Below, piece after piece: positions 61,316 to 64,000 of a DNA stretch of 64,000 nt; the stretch's first letter is position 1; the number at the start of each line of letters is the position of its first letter. The notes below the pieces were generated by a model. The model was not told the DNA's origin and searched no databases. It saw only the letters and a list, made by a program, of their open reading frames with translations. Origin of the DNA: Candidatus Micrarchaeia archaeon (GTDB lineage: Archaea; Micrarchaeota; Micrarchaeia; CABMEP01). Made by a program: the position numbers and the translations under genes. Location: positions 32,001 through 96,000 of the forward strand of contig JAVZXS010000001.1 in assembly GCA_038886535.1 (NCBI GenBank), read 5' to 3'.

Positions 61316-61558
61316 ATGGTATCTCCCACAATAAGAGGAGGACGTTCTGTCAAGATTCGTCTAGAGGCTGTAAAGAAGCAGTTGAAACAGAAATACAAGT
61401 GCCCTTCATGTGGCAAGGTAAAAGTAAAAAGAATTTCAAGTGGAGTTTGGAAATGCAAATCCTGTTCTTATACTTTCGCAGGAGGAGCATATTCACCTAC
61501 TACACAATTCGGTGAAACAGTAGCACGTATAATATCTGACTACAATAAGAAGCAATGA
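61316..61558 (+). CDS. rpl37ae: 50S ribosomal protein eL43 (L37Ae)
   Basis: CPSCGK..VKR.SSGVW.C..C..TFAGGAY.P. Confidence 0.95.
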   Translation: MVSPTIRGGRSVKIRLEAVKKQLKQKYKCPSCGKVKVKRISSGVWKCKSCSYTFAGGAYSPTTQFGETVARIISDYNKKQ

Positions 61559-61594
61559 AGTGTAAGAAAAGTTATAATCTAAAAAGGTGATACT

Positions 61595-61723
61595 TTGTAT
61601 ATCTGTGGAAACTGCGGAAAAGAAATAGAAGAAATAACGAACTTTGTAAGGTGTCCTTACTGTGCTTGGAGGATTCTTTACAAACCACGTCTCCCAGTAG
61701 CAAGAGTTGTTAAAACAGATTAA
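61595..61723 (+). CDS. rpoP: RNA polymerase subunit Rpo12 (RpoP); absent from the ORF track
   Basis: AGGTGA RBS + TTG start: MYICGNCGKEIEEITNFVRCPYCAWRILYKPRLPVARVVKTD*; zinc ribbon; canonical position after rpl37ae. Confidence 0.95.
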   Translation: MYICGNCGKEIEEITNFVRCPYCAWRILYKPRLPVARVVKTD

Positions 61724-61767
61724 TTTTTTTTGACCTTTTTCATTTTGATATAATCTTTAGTGATCTG

Positions 61768-62271
61768 ATGTACGTCACTACAAGTAGAAAACCATCTCTT
61801 TCTACTAAGATTTTAGCATCAAATCTTGCAACATTTCTAAATTCAAAGTACGAACCTAGAGGGAAAAAATCAATCGAAGATGTTATAAGTAGAGCAGATG
61901 AGTTAGGATACACAAGAATAATTATTGTAAGCGAGACAAAAGGCAATCCAAATAAACTTTCCTTCATAGATATTAGTGATGAATGGAGATGGGTTTTTCC
62001 GTTCATAATATTTTCAGTTGATACTAAGTTTGTACATAAGAAGATAGGTAGAATAAATAAGGAAGTTGAAATGATAATAAAAAATAGCAGTAAGTCAGAA
62101 AAGGCTAAAAGAATAGCAGATTTGTTTGTTATTCCAGAACCAACAACTGATGATACAACAAAGTTTATAATATCAGACAATTCATTACTATTCAAGTATA
62201 AAGATAAACGAATGCAATTAAAGATAAAAGAACTTTTGGAGTCAAGGAGATCTGAAGAACATTCTGATTAA
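61768..62271 (+). CDS. Brix-domain ribosome biogenesis protein (Imp4-like)
   Basis: TTSRKPS..T, RGKKS and E.KGNP motifs; synteny. Confidence 0.9.
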   Translation: MYVTTSRKPSLSTKILASNLATFLNSKYEPRGKKSIEDVISRADELGYTRIIIVSETKGNPNKLSFIDISDEWRWVFPFIIFSVDTKFVHKKIGRINKEVEMIIKNSSKSEKAKRIADLFVIPEPTTDDTTKFIISDNSLLFKYKDKRMQLKIKELLESRRSEEHSD

Positions 62272-62296
62272 TAATAGCATCTGATTAATAATAGCA
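62263..62296 (+). repeat. exact tandem duplication of the 17-mer TCTGATTAATAATAGCA
   Basis: Two adjacent copies spanning the Brix stop codon. Confidence 0.9.
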
Positions 62297-62313
62297 GATT
62301 TTAAGGTGTTTTA

Positions 62314-62556
62314 ATGAAAATAAAGCTAACTATAGAAATGCCTTTTAATAATAAAAAAGAATTAGATGACGCATATAAATCTTTGCAGCCAGAACTTGAA
62401 TTTAAGGGAAGAGCAAAGATAAGTCTTTCAAAATCAGATAAAACTTTAATAATATTAATAACCGCTGATGATCTTGCTTCTCTTCATGCAGCAGTTGGGT
62501 CTCAACTTAGAGCTTTAAAAGTTATTAAGGGGGTTCAGAACTTTGCAGAAGAGTAA
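62314..62556 (+). CDS. pcc1: KEOPS complex subunit Pcc1
   Basis: Y.SL.PE, R....L and I.ADDL.SL.AA..S.LR motifs; synteny. Confidence 0.88.
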   Translation: MKIKLTIEMPFNNKKELDDAYKSLQPELEFKGRAKISLSKSDKTLIILITADDLASLHAAVGSQLRALKVIKGVQNFAEE

Positions 62557-62657
62557 ATAAAAGATAGAATGATATAAAGTAGGTAAAGATTATTAAATTT
62601 CATAATATATAAGTAATTGGAATGTTTGTAAGCAGTTCATATTAACGAGGTGTTTTT

Positions 62658-62954
62658 ATGGAAGAAGACAGACAATTGGAATTGCAGTCACTGCAGCAAC
62701 AGCTTCAGATACTCTCTCTTCAGAAGCAACAGATGAAAATACAGTCTGATGAGATAGACCACGCTCTAAAAGAGATAGAATCTGCAAAAGGAGACATATA
62801 TCGGTTGGTAGGTCCTATCCTTCTTAAATCAACAAAAGAGGAAGTGGTAAAGGATCTTAATGACAAAAAGGCAACATTGGAAGCAAGAATACAGATATTA
62901 GAAAAACAGGAAGAAAGAATAAAGAAGCAATTACAAGAATCAAAGAAAAAATAA
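62658..62954 (+). CDS. pfdB: prefoldin subunit beta
   Basis: Coiled coil - YRLVGPILLK hairpin - coiled coil; synteny. Confidence 0.92.
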   Translation: MEEDRQLELQSLQQQLQILSLQKQQMKIQSDEIDHALKEIESAKGDIYRLVGPILLKSTKEEVVKDLNDKKATLEARIQILEKQEERIKKQLQESKKK

Positions 62955-63027
62955 GTAAAACAAGCAAAGAAACTACAAATAAGCAACAAACAAAAAGATT
63001 AAATCCAATTTTAATTTGTTAAATTTG

Positions 63028-63366
63028 TCAATATAAAAATTTCTTTTCTATCTTTCCATTTTTTATTTTTATTCCATCTCTCTTTAGGAGTTCAATCTTT
63101 TTCTTCACACCGCCCTTTGCAGAATATCCTCCAACCTCACCATTGCTTTTAACAACTTTGTAGCAAGGAATTTTTTCAGGATTTTTATTTCTTCTCATTA
63201 GATTTCCAACAACACGCGCTGCTTTATTGTTTCCGGCAAGCTCAGCCAGCCTTTTATAGGTTATTACCTTACCTTTTGGTATCTTTCTAAGGATAGAGTA
63301 AACTCTTTCTTTAAATTTAATTCCATTATCGTTATTTCTAATTTCTTTATTTTTCATATTTGTCAT
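63028..63366 (-). CDS. single-domain O6-alkylguanine-DNA alkyltransferase (MGMT family)
   Basis: IPKGKV.TY..LA, AAR.VG, IPCYKVV.S.G..GGY and K..LL..DG motifs. Confidence 0.9.
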   Translation of the reverse strand: MTNMKNKEIRNNDNGIKFKERVYSILRKIPKGKVITYKRLAELAGNNKAARVVGNLMRRNKNPEKIPCYKVVKSNGEVGGYSAKGGVKKKIELLKRDGIKIKNGKIEKKFLY

Positions 63367-63437
63367 ATTTTATCTAGTTATAGATATCAACTAAACAGAT
63401 TTTAAAACTTATACACCAATATCTTTTCAGTGAGCAA

Positions 63438-64000
63438 ATGCCATTAGACTCAGGAATTGTTGCATATATATTAACACCTATTCTTCTTTTTATAGGTATT
63501 CTTCTTTTTTGGTTTATTCAGTCTGCTGTTTTGCTTTTTGTAGCAAGGAGATTTATATTTCCATCGCTATATAAATACAGATTGACAGAATGGTTTATTA
63601 TTGAATTTGCGATTGCTATACATGAATTATCCCATTTCTTTGCAGCATTTTTTACTGGTTCTGAGATAAATTTAAAAGAATCGTTCGTAACATCAAAAGG
63701 AGGAAGAATAGCAGCAAGATCCTCTCAATCTATAGGAGGCTGGATCTCAATAATAATAGCTGCATTCGCACCAGCCTTTATCCCGTCATTGGTTCTTTTT
63801 ATCTTAAGCATAATCTTATTTCAAGTAAATATACCGATGTATAAAGTATTGGATGCTAAGCCAAACATAGGTCTTGATTCCTACATCTCTATTCTGTCAT
63901 CAATAGTTCTTCCCTTGTTTAATTTATTATTATCATTAATAATCTCACCTTCACTATTTTCGATTATTTTCATCTACTTTATGATAGTATTCTCTCTTAC
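63438..64000 (+). CDS. membrane metalloprotease, M50-like (partial; runs off the window edge)
   Basis: Manual translation MPLDSGIVAY...IAIHELSHFFAA...IIIAAFAPAF: HExxH inside a hydrophobic segment; no stop found in the part translated. Confidence 0.78.
   Translation, partial: MPLDSGIVAYILTPILLFIGILLFWFIQSAVLLFVARRFIFPSLYKYRLTEWFIIEFAIAIHELSHFFAAFFTGSEINLKESFVTSKGGRIAARSSQSIGGWISIIIAAFAPAFIPSLVLFILSIILFQVNIPMYKVLDAKPNIGLDSYISILSSIVLPLFNLLLSLIISPSLFSIIFIYFMIVFSL

Noticed and set aside
361..62989. Numerous antisense and overlapping ORFs in the track (e.g. 361..834, 5665..6195, 8123..8608, 31497..31961, 58034..58492, 61740..62195)
   Set aside because: They are shadows of well-supported genes, with Ser/Phe/Ile-rich composition typical of antisense frames
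1..64000. CRISPR array, rRNA, transposase or alternative genetic code
   Set aside because: No regularly spaced repeats, rRNA-like tracts or transposase motifs seen; TAA, TAG and TGA all terminate conserved genes

Overview
An AT-rich archaeal chromosome segment, most likely from a DPANN archaeon of the Micrarchaeota type. That assignment is inferred from a three-unit (epsilon2-type) tRNA splicing endonuclease and the compact archaeal core genes. Housekeeping genes include PolB, MAP, SRP54, EndA, Taw1, Trm5, PpsA, Nth, Hsp20, HtpX, Sm, eS26 and the rpl15e-RNase P-proteasome-exosome-rpoP-Brix-Pcc1-prefoldin superoperon. There are five tRNAs; two carry related 27-nt introns, one of them at the non-canonical 30/31 position. 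The main unexplained structure is a ~12 kb co-oriented cluster (12.8-24.7 kb). It holds six divergent paralogous polytopic membrane proteins whose shared motifs resemble CedA/VirB6-type transfer-channel proteins, followed by a single-pass membrane protein and a Cys-rich lipoprotein. A second accessory zone (39-57 kb) splits the superoperon. It encodes two >1000-aa orphan proteins with outer-membrane-beta-barrel-like C-termini and an identical 28-bp start-region sequence in inverted orientation, plus several orphans sharing a QK-containing N-terminus. Two pseudogenes are present. No integrase, transposase, CRISPR array or rRNA was seen. All family calls come from motif recognition by eye, not from database searches.
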